Source: Azolla caroliniana
Taxonomy: Eukaryota; Plantae; Polypodiophyta
Assembly: GCA_043228905.1 (NCBI GenBank)
Contig: JBHGNT010000014.1
Span: forward strand, 9,610,001 to 9,674,000
Direction: 5' to 3'
DNA: 64,000 nt
Shown here: positions 12,141 through 25,700 of the stretch, piece by piece
Numbering within the stretch: the stretch's first letter is position 1
Layout of the letters: each line of letters starts with the position of its first letter
Notes under the pieces: generated by a model
Seen by the model: the letters and a program-made list of their open reading frames with translations, nothing else
Databases searched by the model: none
Told to the model about the DNA's origin: nothing
Program-made: the position numbers and the translations under genes

Positions 12141-14601
12141 TGTCATGATATGGCAATATTCGAACCCATGACCTTATGTTACATGGGTCGAGCCCTTGCC
12201 ATTAAACTATATATTGTAATACGAAAGATATTATTTTCATTTATTATTTCACTATAGAAAATTGATGTATATTTCCAGATTTCTCTGGAACATTCTAGAA
12301 ACTTCAGGAGTACTCCTGAAAACACTATAAAAGGAGGCACAAGGCATTATTTTGAACCAAATCGGTTCAACGCCAGTCTTATGCCTCATAGCTATTCTTG
12401 TACTTACTCTTCATATAATATAATATATCTTTTGTTATCATCATTCTCTCTCTCTCCTCTCTCCTTCTCTCGTGAGTTCTACATCATTTTCTCTCTCTTT
12501 GTATTAATTCACATCTTTTAGTACTAATTCCCTCTCTGCTTTAGTACTGTTCCAGATAGTTTGAACCTATTTTCCCTCATCCTCTTACCCCTCCTTCCTT
12601 TCATACTAATCCTCTTATCCTCCCTAGTAAAATGGAAACTATTAGCGCTCAGGAATACCTATCTGTTTTCTCGGAGTTTCAATGCTTAAAAGAGAAGTTT
12701 GTAGCACTAGAACAAGAAAATCACCGTCTGTTGGGGGATCTTCAACAAATAGCTTTAGAAAAACAACAACAACACAAGGAGCTGACGTTACGTGTACAAC
12801 AACTTGAAGCGACTATTGTATCACTACTACAACAAGGATCAACCACTCAAGGAACTCACAAAGAACCCAAGATCAAACTTCCTATGAAATTTGATGGGAC
12901 CCGATCATAGTTTAGAGGTTTTCTTAATCAGGTACTCTTAGTGATTCAAATGCATCCTTCTTGATATCCCACTGATGTATCATGAGTGGGACTAGTAGAC
13001 ACGCTACTTAGTGGCACGGCTTTGGCATGGTTCGCCCCCCTGTTAGAAAAAACTCTCCCTTGTTAAATAATTTCGAAGAGTTTATTAGCGAGTTTAAAGC
13101 TTGTTTTGGAGATACCGATAGTGTTAGGACGACTATCGACAAAATCCGAAGATTGTGCCAAGGTGAGCGGCTAGCCTCGGCTTATGCTGCGGATTTCCGT
13201 CTTCTCGCCACTGATATTCCTTGGGATGACCAGGCATTAATGGAGCAATTTCGTTTTGGCCTACATAATGATGTCAAGGATTTACTCTTAACTTTCCCCG
13301 AAGAGCCAAAGTCATTGACAGAAGCAATCAGTCGCATAGTGCAATGGGATAACCGTCTTTTCGAATGATGTTCGGAACGTTCGTTCCAGATGCCAAGGAC
13401 AAGATCAAAGCCAACCTACGCCTCAATTGTAGCATAACCTTTTCCAAGGGAGTCATATAATGTGTCTCCAGCAAATACTCCAACTCCGATGGAAATTGAC
13501 ACCACACGTTGTCATGGACCATTATTGAAAGAGGAAAAGCAGCGACGCCGAGCAAATAGATTATGTCTCTATTGCGGTGGACCAGGGCATATTGCGGTGA
13601 ACTGTCCCCATAGGCCAAGAAGATAGGTAAACCAAATAGTCGCTAGTTCTAATTGTACTAAATCGGAGTCTATTTCAATAGGAATATCTGATAGTCCTAA
13701 TAGTACTAATAGCCCAAGCCTTTCAAACAAATTTGAAATCCTTAGTCAACTAGATGAAGAGTTAAACGATTAAGTCCAACCAAAATAGGAGCCGTTTGGT
13801 TGGACAACCCTAGATCTGTGCAACCCATTAGTGGTTCCATTTCCTCTAAGCAAGTTAACAATGTGTTCTTAGCTCAAGTAATGGTTAGTACTAAAAGTAT
13901 TCCTCCAGTACATGTCTTAGCACTCTTAGATTCCGGAGTCAACTCTTGCTTTATGGATAGGAATTTTGCCCAAGCTCATCAGATATCCCTAAGAAAACTT
14001 TCTTACACAACATCTGTAGTTATTGATGGTCATCCCATTACTTCCGGAAAAATAGTAGAAGAGTAAGAGCTGATTCGGGTTGTCCTAGATAACTTGGTGT
14101 GTGTAGTATCATTTAATATAATTAGTAGTCCAGACCATCCAATTGTCTTGGGGTTACCATGGTTCGAATTACATAACCCAAACATAGATTGGAGAACAAG
14201 AGAAATCTAGGGATCTACTCATAGGATTGCAACCATTTCACTACGTCAATTGCGTGAGGAAGGACACAAGGAAGCAATGTTTGTCTGAAGTCACAGTATA
14301 AGTAAATCCTTCTGACACCACTAAAGAGGAGTCCACAGTTCAACTTCCAGAGAAGTATCATCATTATGCCGATGTGTTCGATAAGGTACAAGCCAATATG
14401 CTTCCTCACCACCGATCGTATGATTGCCCCATTGATTTACAACTGGGAAAAGAGCCACCATGGGGCCCGATCTACAACTTGTCACCAACCGAGTTAGAAG
14501 TCCTTCAAGCCTATATAGAGGAGAATTTGGCAAATGATTTTATTCAAAATTCGAAATCTCTAGCGTAACCCAGTGCGTAGAAGTACTGTTGAGAGATAAG
14601 C

Positions 14602-17600
14602 GCACCCGAGAAATGTCGTAACTTGTTGAGACCAAGAGGTTTTGTGAAGATGTCGGCAATTTGCCGATCAGTCGAAACATGCACCAATTCGACTTCTCTT
14701 GAAAGGACCTACTCATGGACAAAATGGTAATGCACCTCAATGTGCTTGGTCCGGGCGTGGAACACGGGGTTTTTCACAAGGTGGATACTGTTGAGGTTGT
14801 CACAATAGATCATCATCGGATCATACACCTCTACATGCAGATTCCGTAATAGCCGTTTTAGCCAAATGACTTCGCACGTAGCGACAGTCGCTCCTGTATA
14901 TTCGGCCTCCGTGCTCGACAGTGCTACTGTCGGCTGCTTTTTGCTGCTCCATGTGATCGCTGCACTTCCTAATGAGAATGCATATCTAGATGTGGATCTA
15001 CTATCACTAGCGTTTCCGGCCCAATCGGCATCCGTGTAGCCAACTAATTGTTCGGCTACGCCTGCCCGATAAAACAACGCCATGTCTTTCGTGCCGTTGA
15101 CATAACACAGTATCCGTTGCGCACACTGAAAGTGTTCAGCCGTAGGCTGCGACAGGAATTGACTAATTAGGCCGACTAGATAGCTAAGATTCGGCCGAGT
15201 AATCGTTAGATAGATAAGGCTTCCGACAATCTTTCGGAATCGTGTCAGGTCACACGCCTTCCCCGAATCTCGGCGAAGCTTTGCGTTTCTATCCAGAGGG
15301 GTTGAGATGGGCTTACAGTTTGCCATCCCGAACTTGAAGAGCATATTCAGCGCGTAATGACACTGGCTGATCAATATGCCTTCGGGGGTACGGATCACTT
15401 CGATCTCGAGGAAGTAATGAAGGTCTCCGAGATCCTTCATTTCAAACGATGCCACAAGCTGAGACTTCACGCGGCGGATTTCGTTCAGGTCGGCACCGAC
15501 GATGACTAAATCATCAACGTACAAGAGTAGGCTGACCGGTCCATATTGACATTGCCAAACAAATAGAGAAGAGTCTGATTTCGATGGCGCAAACCCCATC
15601 CTGCGCAACTGTTGGATAATCTTTGCGTTCCAAGCTCATGGGGCTTGCTTTAGTCTCTATAAGGACTTCTTCAATCGGCAAAATGCCGAGGTGTTTTGTT
15701 CGGATAGAAATCCGTGGGGCTGTATCATGTACACCTGCTCCTCAAGATCACCTTCCAGGAACGCGTTCTTTACATCCATCTGATGTAAGTGCCACCCCTT
15801 TGCCTCTGCTACGGCTAGCAGGACTCACACGATAGGAATCTTTGCGACAGGTGCGAAGGTCTCATCATAATCCACACTGTGCTTCTACGCGTAGCCTTTA
15901 GCAGCTAAACGGGCCTTGTAGTAGTTGATAGAGCCATCGGTGTTGTATTTCACCTTATACACCCATCTGCATCCGATCGACTTTACACCCTTCAGAGCGT
16001 CAACTAGGTCCCATATCTCGTTCTGTGTTAAGGCGCGCATCTCTTCGTCCATCGCAGCACGCCAATTTGCGTCTTCCGTCGCTTCTACGTAGCTCTCCAG
16101 CTCACGCACTTCCGCCACTCGCATCATGTACACGTAATGGTGCGCCATGTACTCATTATAACCGTACCTCTTTATAGGATTCTTCTGGCGGGTAGATTGG
16201 CGTAATTCGTGATTACCCGATTTCGGGAGCTTTTCGGTCGATTTCGACCTCTTCCGTGGAGGTTCCTTCTGGACTGGCTTGAGGTTAGATTCACTTCGAA
16301 CTGACTCGGCACTACCGAAATCGTATTCCAGCGTCTTCTTCTTCCCCTTCTCCTTGCGCGTAAACCGTCTCCTCGGTTCTTTACATGGGGACATCACGGC
16401 CGAGTCTCCACTGCTCGCCTTCTCATCATTTGGTTGGCCATCTCAGCCCAACCCCTCATTCGGCCCGCTTAGCTGAAATGAGATCGGACTCTCTCTCAGA
16501 GCTCCGACGTCCTCATCATGCGGAGGCATTTCAGCCTCGTTGATCTCTTCTTCAGAAATCGGAATGGAGTCATAAGGTTCTGGAGGGGAAGGCAAGTACC
16601 ACGAAGCGAACTTGTCAAATTCGACATAACACTTATACCCCTTTTGCTCGTCTGAATAGCCGACCAAGATACATTTCTCGGCTTTGGCATCCAACTTCCT
16701 CCTTTACTCCTTCGGCATGTGCACATACGCAATGCTGTCGAAAATCCTCAAGTGTGCGAAGTTCGGCTTCTTCCTGAAATACAATTCATTTGGCGACACT
16801 CCTCCATAGGCAGAAGTCCGATTTTGCAAGTAGACAACCGTCTTCACGGCTTCAGCCCAATAGAATTTCAGCATATGCTTCTCTTCAAGCATTTCCCTGG
16901 CCGCTTCTTCAATCGTCCGATTCTTCCGCTCAGCTACGCCGTTCTGCTCCGGCGTATATCTACATGAGAATTCGCGTCGAATTCCCTCCTTCTGTAGATA
17001 ACATGTGAATTGGTCAGAGAAGTATTCCTTCCCGCCATCAGACCGTAGGCATTTCATTTTACGCCCTATTTCCCTTTTCGCGAGGCTCTTTACCTCCAGG
17101 AAACATGCGAAAACTTCGCTCTTCTTTGCGATCGTGCATGCCCACGTGTGCCGAGTGAAATCATCGATGAAGGTTACAAAGTAACGACTTCCACCGAGAC
17201 TCACGTTTTGTGCCAGTCCCCACACATCCGAATGGATCAAATCGAGTGGCTTACAGCTCCGATTACGCTTGTTGGGGAATGGAAGTCGGTGTTGTTTTCC
17301 CATCTGACAGGCTTCGTAGACTTGGCCATTACGGCCCCGAAATTTCGACAATCCGAAAACGATATTCTTCGTCTGCATTTCACGAAACCGTGGGAAGTTT
17401 ACGTGGCCGAACTACTTGTGCCACTGGTCGATATCTGACTCGACCTTCTGTCCTTTCACGAACATAGCGGTACCCACATAATTGGTTTCGAGGATAAACA
17501 TCCTCCCTTCACGACACCCTTGTGCGATCACTTTTCCTTCCTCTTCAATGAAGCAACTGAGATGCGTGAATCGAACTTGCATACCTTGGTCGACGATCTG

Positions 17601-19309
17601 TCTGACCGACACAAGGTTCTTTGTTATTGTCGGGATGTGCAACACGTTCATTAGCTTCCCTTTCTGCCCGACGTGGCTAAGGGGAACTTCGCCGACATGT
17701 TCGATGGTATGCGGAGTGCCATCGCCGGTTTCGACCACTCCTCGTGATTCCGTCTTCTCCAAGTACGAGAACCATTCCTCATGGCTGGTCATATGATTTG
17801 ACGCTCCGGAATCCACATACCACACCTGGCTCGATTTCGAGGTGTTTACGGCCATTGAATTGGCTTTATGCTTCATTACGAAGGCAGGGCTCGCTCCATT
17901 TCCGACTCGTTCGGGGCCCTCAATGTAGTGCGATCTTTGACACCTTCGTGCGTCTCTTTCGCTCGGTCTAGCTTTGTCTAAGTCGGCTTTTTTCTTCTAG
18001 CACTCGCTCTCCCTATGGCCTTTCTTGCCACAGTACCAGCAATCCGGCACGGTCTTCTCTTGCCGTCTTCCGACGCCGCCATGACTCCCCGTGCTTGCGG
18101 AGGGTTCGGAATTGCTTCTGGCATCTCAATTATGCCGTACATTCTGCTCTTTTCTGCCGCCTCCATTGCACGTTGATCCGCCTCATCCACCACGACCATG
18201 GGGCCTATCATCCTCCGTGTAAAGAATCTTGCCATCGGTGTGCGCACTCATGGATGCACCAGCGTGGTTTTCTTCTACAAGTAACATTGACTGAAGCTCG
18301 AAAAACGAAGGCGTAATATCCCTCGTGCTGCACCATTTCATCTTCCTCGACGTTCACGTTGACGGAGGCAAGAGAGTCGCAGTTTTCTTTGATCTTGGTG
18401 GTGTAATCAGTCATCGACATATCTCTTTGTCGTACATTGTTGAGCTCCTGTCTGAGCTGTAGCTTTCTGGCCGTTGGGTTGGCGGTGAAAATCCTTTTGA
18501 GATTCGCCCATGCGTCCTTCGGCGTCTTGGCATCCCGAATATAGCTCAAAAGCTGATCGCTCACACAGGACGCGAAGCAGTACATCACTCTGCTTGCCGC
18601 TTGTTCCCAAGCCGGATAGTCCCTGTGTGTCGAGTTGGGTGCCACATCGTTTGCTCCTTTGACATAACTCTAGTACCCATGGCCGAGCAGGTATTGGTGC
18701 ATCTTGTAAGACCAAGATGCGTCGTTGCGTCTGTCAAGATTTTTAGTCGGAAGTGAGCTTCCCATTCCTCTGTCCATAGTACTGTCTTTTTCTTCTCCGA
18801 AGGCGAACACCTTCAACTCTGTTTCGTCACAACCTTTTCTTGTCGGCTACAGAGGACTTCAACCCTCGTGCTCTGATACCATGTAAAGAATACGTTGTGC
18901 AGAAGTGTGTGCGTAAGACACAGAGTACACAATTCGGGAGAATAAGACAGTTCAGTAAAACATAGAAAATGCAGAGATGGAGATGGAGAGACAAAGAGAG
19001 AGAGCAAACAACAAAAAACTCTAATTCAAAAAATAATGCTCTGTTCTGTACATACTTCGTGCTCAATGAGCACCTTATATACAAGCCCTGACAATCGGGC
19101 TGACACAAGTACTGACAGTACTTGAATGCTCATAAATGAGCCGACTACACAAACTCCCAAAGTTATTCCTTTACGAGGAATAACGCTCTAATGGCCTCTT
19201 CGATTTTCACACTGATGCGGCCTTGTTGTGCGTACTTTTTCACGCACCTAGTCTACGCACTGGGTTACGCTGTGTACTTCGCACCGAATGTTGAGCTTGT
19301 CTCTCAACA
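14602..19309 (-). mobile_element. Ty1/copia element, 3'-truncated, inserted in the chromovirus RT
   Basis: 5' LTR 19309-18882 (TGTTGAG...TTTACA); PBS-Met ~18870-18881. Gag CWYC, protease WYVDSGASNHM, integrase (HSDVWG, TPEQNGVAERKNR), RT YVDDL and RNase H. The 3' LTR is missing. Confidence 0.92.
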
Positions 19310-19730
19310 CTAATGCATCAATAGTCTTCCAACACATGGCCAATGATATATTCTGACATCTCTTGGATGTTTGTTTGATCATCTATTTGGATGATCTATT
19401 GTTTTATTCGAAGACCCAAGTAGAGCATGATTCTCATGTAATGTTAGTACTAAAACGATTTTGAGAACATGGTCTTTATGCAAAACTAGAAAAATTTCTG
19501 GGCTATGTCATATCCTCGGAAGGCATCTCTATGGATCCAGTTAAGGTCAAAATTGCGATAGAGTGTCAGAATCCATGTTTGTTGCGAGATGTGCAATGCT
19601 TTTTAGGCTTTGCCAATATTTACCGCAAGTTTATACAGGATTACTCAAAGCTTATTTTGCCTCTCACATAACTTACCAAGAAGGGGCAGTTGTTTGTTTG
19701 GTCTAAGGAAGCCGACATGGCTTTTGAGAG

Positions 19731-22700
19731 TGTTGAGCGGCAAGCTCAACTGGAGCCGGATCGGCTGGATAAGCTTGAGCCAGCAAGCGAGACGGATCGG
19801 TAAGCCGTGATCAACCGAGCCGGCAAGCAACAAAGTCGGTGAGCTGGGGAGCCGGTTAGCCGGATCCAATGGGAAATCGGAAGCCTAGTATTAGTTTAGA
19901 CTACTAGGCAATTATAGTCTCGTAGTAAGTGTCAGAAGCTCGTGTGAGCATTGAAGTACACGGTACTTCTGTCAATCCCACGAGGACTTGTATAAATAGT
20001 GCTACTGAGCACAGTTGTAAATGACAGAGTAATTATATCGTTTTCTAACGCTTCCATAAGTAATCATTTACATGGTATCAGAGCGCGAGGGTTGAGAACC
20101 TCCTCTGCAGCCGAGAAACGCCTCAAAGCAAACCCTAACAGGTCGTAAAAGAACAGATAGAGAAGTGATGGATAGAGGGATGGCTAGCTCGCTCCTTGTG
20201 GAGAAACTCGACAGATCCAACTATGCATCTTGGTCGTATAAGATGCACCAGTACTTGCTTGGGCATGGCTACTGGAGTTTCGTCGAAGGAGCCAATGAAA
20301 CAACACCTGATGCGGGACATCCAGACTTCCCAGTGTGGGAACAATTGGCAAGCAGAGTGATGTACTACTTTGCGTCCAGTGTCAGAGACCAGCTGCTGAG
20401 CCACATCCGAGATGCCAAGACGCCGAAGGAGGCTTGGGGGAACCTGAAGAAGGTGTCCGCCACGAGCACAACAGCCCGAAAGCTGCAACTCCGACAGGAG
20501 TTGAGCAGTGTTCGACAAAAGGACATGTCGATGGCGGATTACATAGCCCGGATCAAAGAGATCAGTGACTCGCTTGCGTCTATCAACGTTACCGTAGAGG
20601 AAGACGAGATGGTACATGTCTGTCTTGGGGGCCTGGCGTCGAAGTCTAGAGCGTTCCGAACGGCGGTGTGTACAAGGGAGAATAGGCCGTCATGGAGCAT
20701 CGACTTACGATTGATGCTCCTTGTAGAGGAGAACCACGCTGGTGCATCAACTAGCGCACCCACTAACAGCCGGATGTTGTACACAGAGGCGGATCGGTCC
20801 CGTGGGCGTGGTGGACGAGGCGGGTCGGCACGCAATGGAGGCGGCCCGGAAGACCAAGAACGAAGGCACAAAGAACGTGCCGACAATAGTTCCGAGACTT
20901 CCACAAGCAGGGGGAGTCATGGTGACACCGGAAGACTACAAGTGAAGTCTGCAACAGAATGCTGGTACTGTGGCAAAAAGGGCCACAGAGAAAGCAAGTG
21001 GTGGAGAAAACGCGCGGATCTGGCAAGGCCAGCAAGGATGGCCGGCAAAGCTCACACTACGCGAAGGGATTGGGAGGATCCAAGAACGGTAATGGGCCAG
21101 CCTTGGTGATGAAGCACGAGGTGAACTCGATGAAGAAGACCACTTCCAAATCGGAGGAAGTCTGGTATGTTGACTCCGGTGCATCGAACCACATGACGAG
21201 CCACAAAGAGTGGTTCTCGTTTTTGGAAAAACCGGTGTTGTGTGAATCTTCACACACTATGTAAAAAAATAATGAAATAATTATTATAGATTACATTAGT
21301 AGCTTACTATAGAAAGATGAATATACTCAAGAGCTTCAAAATGTATTTTACTATATACAAAATGGAGAAATACATATCAAGTTATGTGAAAATAAAGTTT
21401 GAGAAGATAGGGAAATTAGAACTATCCCACATAGATAGGAAAGTTAAGGCCCTAGCTATATAAGCACCTTGAGCTCCCTCATTTTTCATTTGTGCTAAGA
21501 GTACTTTGGCCACTTTGTCTTGATGGATGATGGTGGCCAAATTTCCTAAAACCGGAAACCGACCGGTAAACAAATCCGGAAATTGGTCGGTAAGCAAATC
21601 CGGAAAATTGGTCCGGTAAGCAAATCCGGAAACTGGCTGGTATGCAAACCGGAAACTGGCTGGTAAGCAAAACCGGAACTGGAACCGAAAAGCAAACCGG
21701 CCGGTATGCAAACAGGAACCAGAATCGGTATGCAAACCGCAAATCGGCCGGTAAGAAAACCAAAAACCGACCGGTAAGCAAAACCGGAGCCAGAACCGGA
21801 CAGCAAAACCGGAACCAAAACCGGTCAGCAAACCGGAACCGGAACTGGCCGACAAGCAAAATTGGAACCGGAACCGGCCTGCAAGCAAAATGGAACCGGC
21901 TATCGGACGAGGTTGGACGCGGAAGGACGAAAGATTGGATCATGCAACAAACTAAAGTAAAGTGAAGAGAACTAAAGTAAAGGCCATGTGGACGCAAGCA
22001 ACTAAAGTTGGAGTGCATGCAAAAAGTAAAGGTCATGTGGACGGTCACATGCAACTAAAAGAAAAATCCATGCAACTAAAAGAAAAAGCCATGCAACTAA
22101 AAATAGATGCAACTAAAAGTAAAAGCTAGGCAACTAGAAGTAGAGGCCATGCAACAAAAAGTGGAAAGGCTATGATCAAGGGAGAACTCTATATATATTC
22201 CATTTTTCTTCTTACACTCGGGGGGGACTCTCCATATTATCTTAATTTTTTTCCTTTTCTTTCGGAGCTCTCTTATCTTATCGAAGCCAAGAACCCTAAA
22301 TTTCCTTACGGAAGTCATAAACCCTAATTTCCTAATCAAAGCCATATAACTCAAAAACCCTAATTTTCGAATTGAAGCTAAAAACCCTAATATTCTAATT
22401 AAATCCATATTTCATTTCTTCTAATCTATTACTCTAGTCATCTCCATTAGCAAATTTTTGTAATCCCAATCTTGGGATTAATTGTAATCTTTCTTTCCCT
22501 TTATTAATGAAATTTGTGAATCTTTATCATTTTGTATTAATTGTTTAATATAATCATACGAATCTGATATCTTCCGGTCGGAGGCCCCGGGGTCCTACCT
22601 CAAAGTTCACGTATCCTCGTCGTATTTTCGCGACACCGGATCAACCAGGAGTAGTCGAAATCGGAGATGACACTCCTCACCCAATTGTGCATGTCAGAGA

Positions 22701-25700
22701 AGTCCCTTTGAGCCACGTCGGACAGAAGGGGAAGCTAATGAACGTATTACACGTTCCGACAATCACGAAGAGCCTGGTGTCGGTCAGACAGATCGTCGAC
22801 CAGGGGATGCAGGTGCAGTTTACGCACCTCAGGTGCTTCATCGAGGAAGAGGGCCAGATTATTGCGCAAGGGCACAGAGACGGGAGGATGTTTATCCTCG
22901 ACACCAATGACATCGGCACCGCTTTGTTTGCAAAAGGACAGAAGATCGAATCGGACATCGACCTGTGGCACAAGCGGATAGGGCACGTCAATTTCCGGAG
23001 GCTTCAAGACCTGCAAACGAAACAAGTTGTTTTCGGTTTGCCGAAGTTGAGCGACCGGAAGGCCCAAGTATGTGAAGCCTGCCAATTCGGCAAGCAACAC
23101 CGGCTTCCATTCCCTACCGAACGTAACTGGAACCGTAACAAGCTCGACCTAATCCATTCGGATGTGTGGGGATCGGCACAACGTGTTAATCTTGGTGGGA
23201 GTCAATATTTCTTCTCCTTCATCAACGACTATACGCGGCACACATGGATATACCTCATTGAGTGTAAGAGTGAAGTCTTCGAGTGTTTCCGTAGTCTCCA
23301 AAGCATGGTGGAACGGGAATCGGAGAGGAAGATCAAATGCCTGCGGTCGGATGGCGGGAAAGAATACTTTTCTGGCCAATTCAATAGTTATCTGCAGCAA
23401 ACGGGAATTCGGCGAGAGTTCAGCTGCAGATACACACCGCAACAGAATGGTGTTGCCGAGAGGAAGAACCGGTCGCTTATCGATGCGGCAAGGGCAATGT
23501 TGGAGGAGAAGAGCATGCCCAAATTCTACTAGGCGGAGGCAGTCCGAACGGTTGTCTATATTCAGAACCGGATCGGTGACAAGGTGTCAGCTCACGAGCT
23601 GTATTTCGGGCGGAAGCATTGCATTTGTGCATGTACCGAATGAGAAGCGGAGGAACCTAGATGCGAAATCGGAAAAAGGCATCCTAGTCTGCTATGCTCA
23701 AGAGCAAAAGGGTTATAAGTGTTATAACCCCCGGATAAAGCAGGTCCGAGTTAGTCGAGATGTCTAGTTTGATGAATCGGCATCGTGGTACTCCTTACCG
23801 ACTCCGAATTCCGAATCTGACCCAATGCCGGTGGATGAGGCTAGTGATCCTGAACCGGCCCAGGTAGAGGATGATGAAGCGTGGACTCAGGATGAGAGTC
23901 CGGAATCGTTCCGGTTGAGTGGGCCGAATGAGAGACTGAGTCAATCTGACTAGTCCGATGAGGAACCGGCAAGTAGTGGAGACTCTGTCGTGCACTCCCC
24001 ACGCAAGGAACCGAGGAGACGGTTCACGCGCAAAGAGAAGGGGAAGAAGAAGATGCAGGAATTCAAAACCGGCAACGATGAGTCGGATTGGTGTACGTCC
24101 GGCTCCAACAAGGAGAAAGGCGGATCTTCGGCAACGAAGACCGAACCGGCCAAGACAGGCCTCAAACCGGGTAATGGTGAGATACGCCGGTCCACCCGCT
24201 AGAAGGATCTCGTCAAGCGGTAGGGGTACAATGAGTACATGGCGCATCACTATGCATACATGACTAAGGTGGCGGAAGTGCGTGAGCCGGAGAGCTACGC
24301 AGAAGCGGCCAAGGACGCAAATTGGCGTGCCGCTATGGAGGAAGAAATGCGGGCACTTGATGTCAACAAGACATGGGACCTGGTTGACCCTCCTCGTCAC
24401 TGTAAACCGATCGGATGCAAGTGGATATACAAAGTAAAGTACAACGCTGACGGTTCAGTTAACCGGTGCAAGGCCCGATTAGTGGCGAAGGGATATGCGC
24501 AGACCCACGGAATCGACTACGACGAGACCTTCAATCCTGTAGTGAAGATGATGACGGTTCGAGTGGTGCTGGCGGTTGTTGTGGCAAGGGGGTGGGATCT
24601 TCATTAGATGGATGTGAAGAATGCATTTCTTCAAGGTGATCTTGAACAAGAAGTCTTTATGACTCAGCCTCCCGGTTTTCAATCGGAGATTAACACGTCA
24701 GCGGTATGCTGGCTGAAGAAGTCGTTGTACGGCCTGAAGCAAGCCCCTCGAGCTTGGAATGCAAAGATCACACACCAGTTGCGTAAGATGGGGTTTGTGG
24801 CCTCCAAATCGGACTCTTCATTGTTCATCCGGCAAGGCTCAGCCGGTCCGGTATGTATACTGCTGTATGTTGATGATCTAGTCATCACCAGACCGGGTGT
24901 TCCAGAAATCAACTGCGTCAAGTCCTAGTTGTTGGATGCATTTGAGATGAAGGATTTGGGGGACCTTCATTATTTTCTAGGGATCTAGGTGATTCAAACC
25001 CCGGACGACATATTGCTCTCACAACGACATTACGTCTTGAATATGTTGTACAAGTTCGGCATGACAGAATGCCGACCTGTATCCACACCCCTGGACCGGA
25101 ACCAGAAGCTTCATCCCAACTTCGGATTGGCCTGCAACGAGCAACGGTTCCGACAAATTGTCGGAAGCCTTATTTATTTGTATCACGCGACCCGACGTCA
25201 GCTATCCGGTCGGAATGATAAGTCAGTTCATGCAGCAGCCGACCGTGGAGCACCTTCAGTGCGCGCAAAGGATATTGTGGTATGTCAGCGGCACGAAGGA
25301 CCGGGGATTGTTATACCGGCGCGGTATACCCGAAGAGCTCATCGGTTACACGGATGCCGATTGGGCCGGCGATGCATCAGATCGCCGATCAACCTCCGGT
25401 TACATGTTTTCCCTAGGAAGCACGGCTGTTGCGTGGAGCAGCAAAAAGCAAGCAACAATTGCTTTGTCGAGCACTGAGGCTGAGTATCGGGGCCCTACCA
25501 TTGCCACCTGTGAAGCCATTTGGCTTCGGCGACTGCTGCAAGACCTACGGATCGAGGTACCGACCCCGATTCTGGTCTACTGCGACAACATAAGCACCAT
25601 GCAACTAGCCAAGAACCCCGTATTCCATGCTCGCACAAAGCACATAGAAGTACACTATCACTTCGTGCGTGATCGTGTCCTAAGCTGTGAGGTTGAACTT

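Noticed and set aside
14561-19273. 20-bp inverted repeats flanking the copia fragment, resembling DNA-transposon TIRs
   Set aside because: The right copy is internal to the copia LTR and the left copy sits in a patchwork of LTR-derived filler; no TSD is present.
21382-22054. Several 90-190 aa ORFs
   Set aside because: They arise from AACCGG tandem repeats in the solo LTR and show no domain signal.
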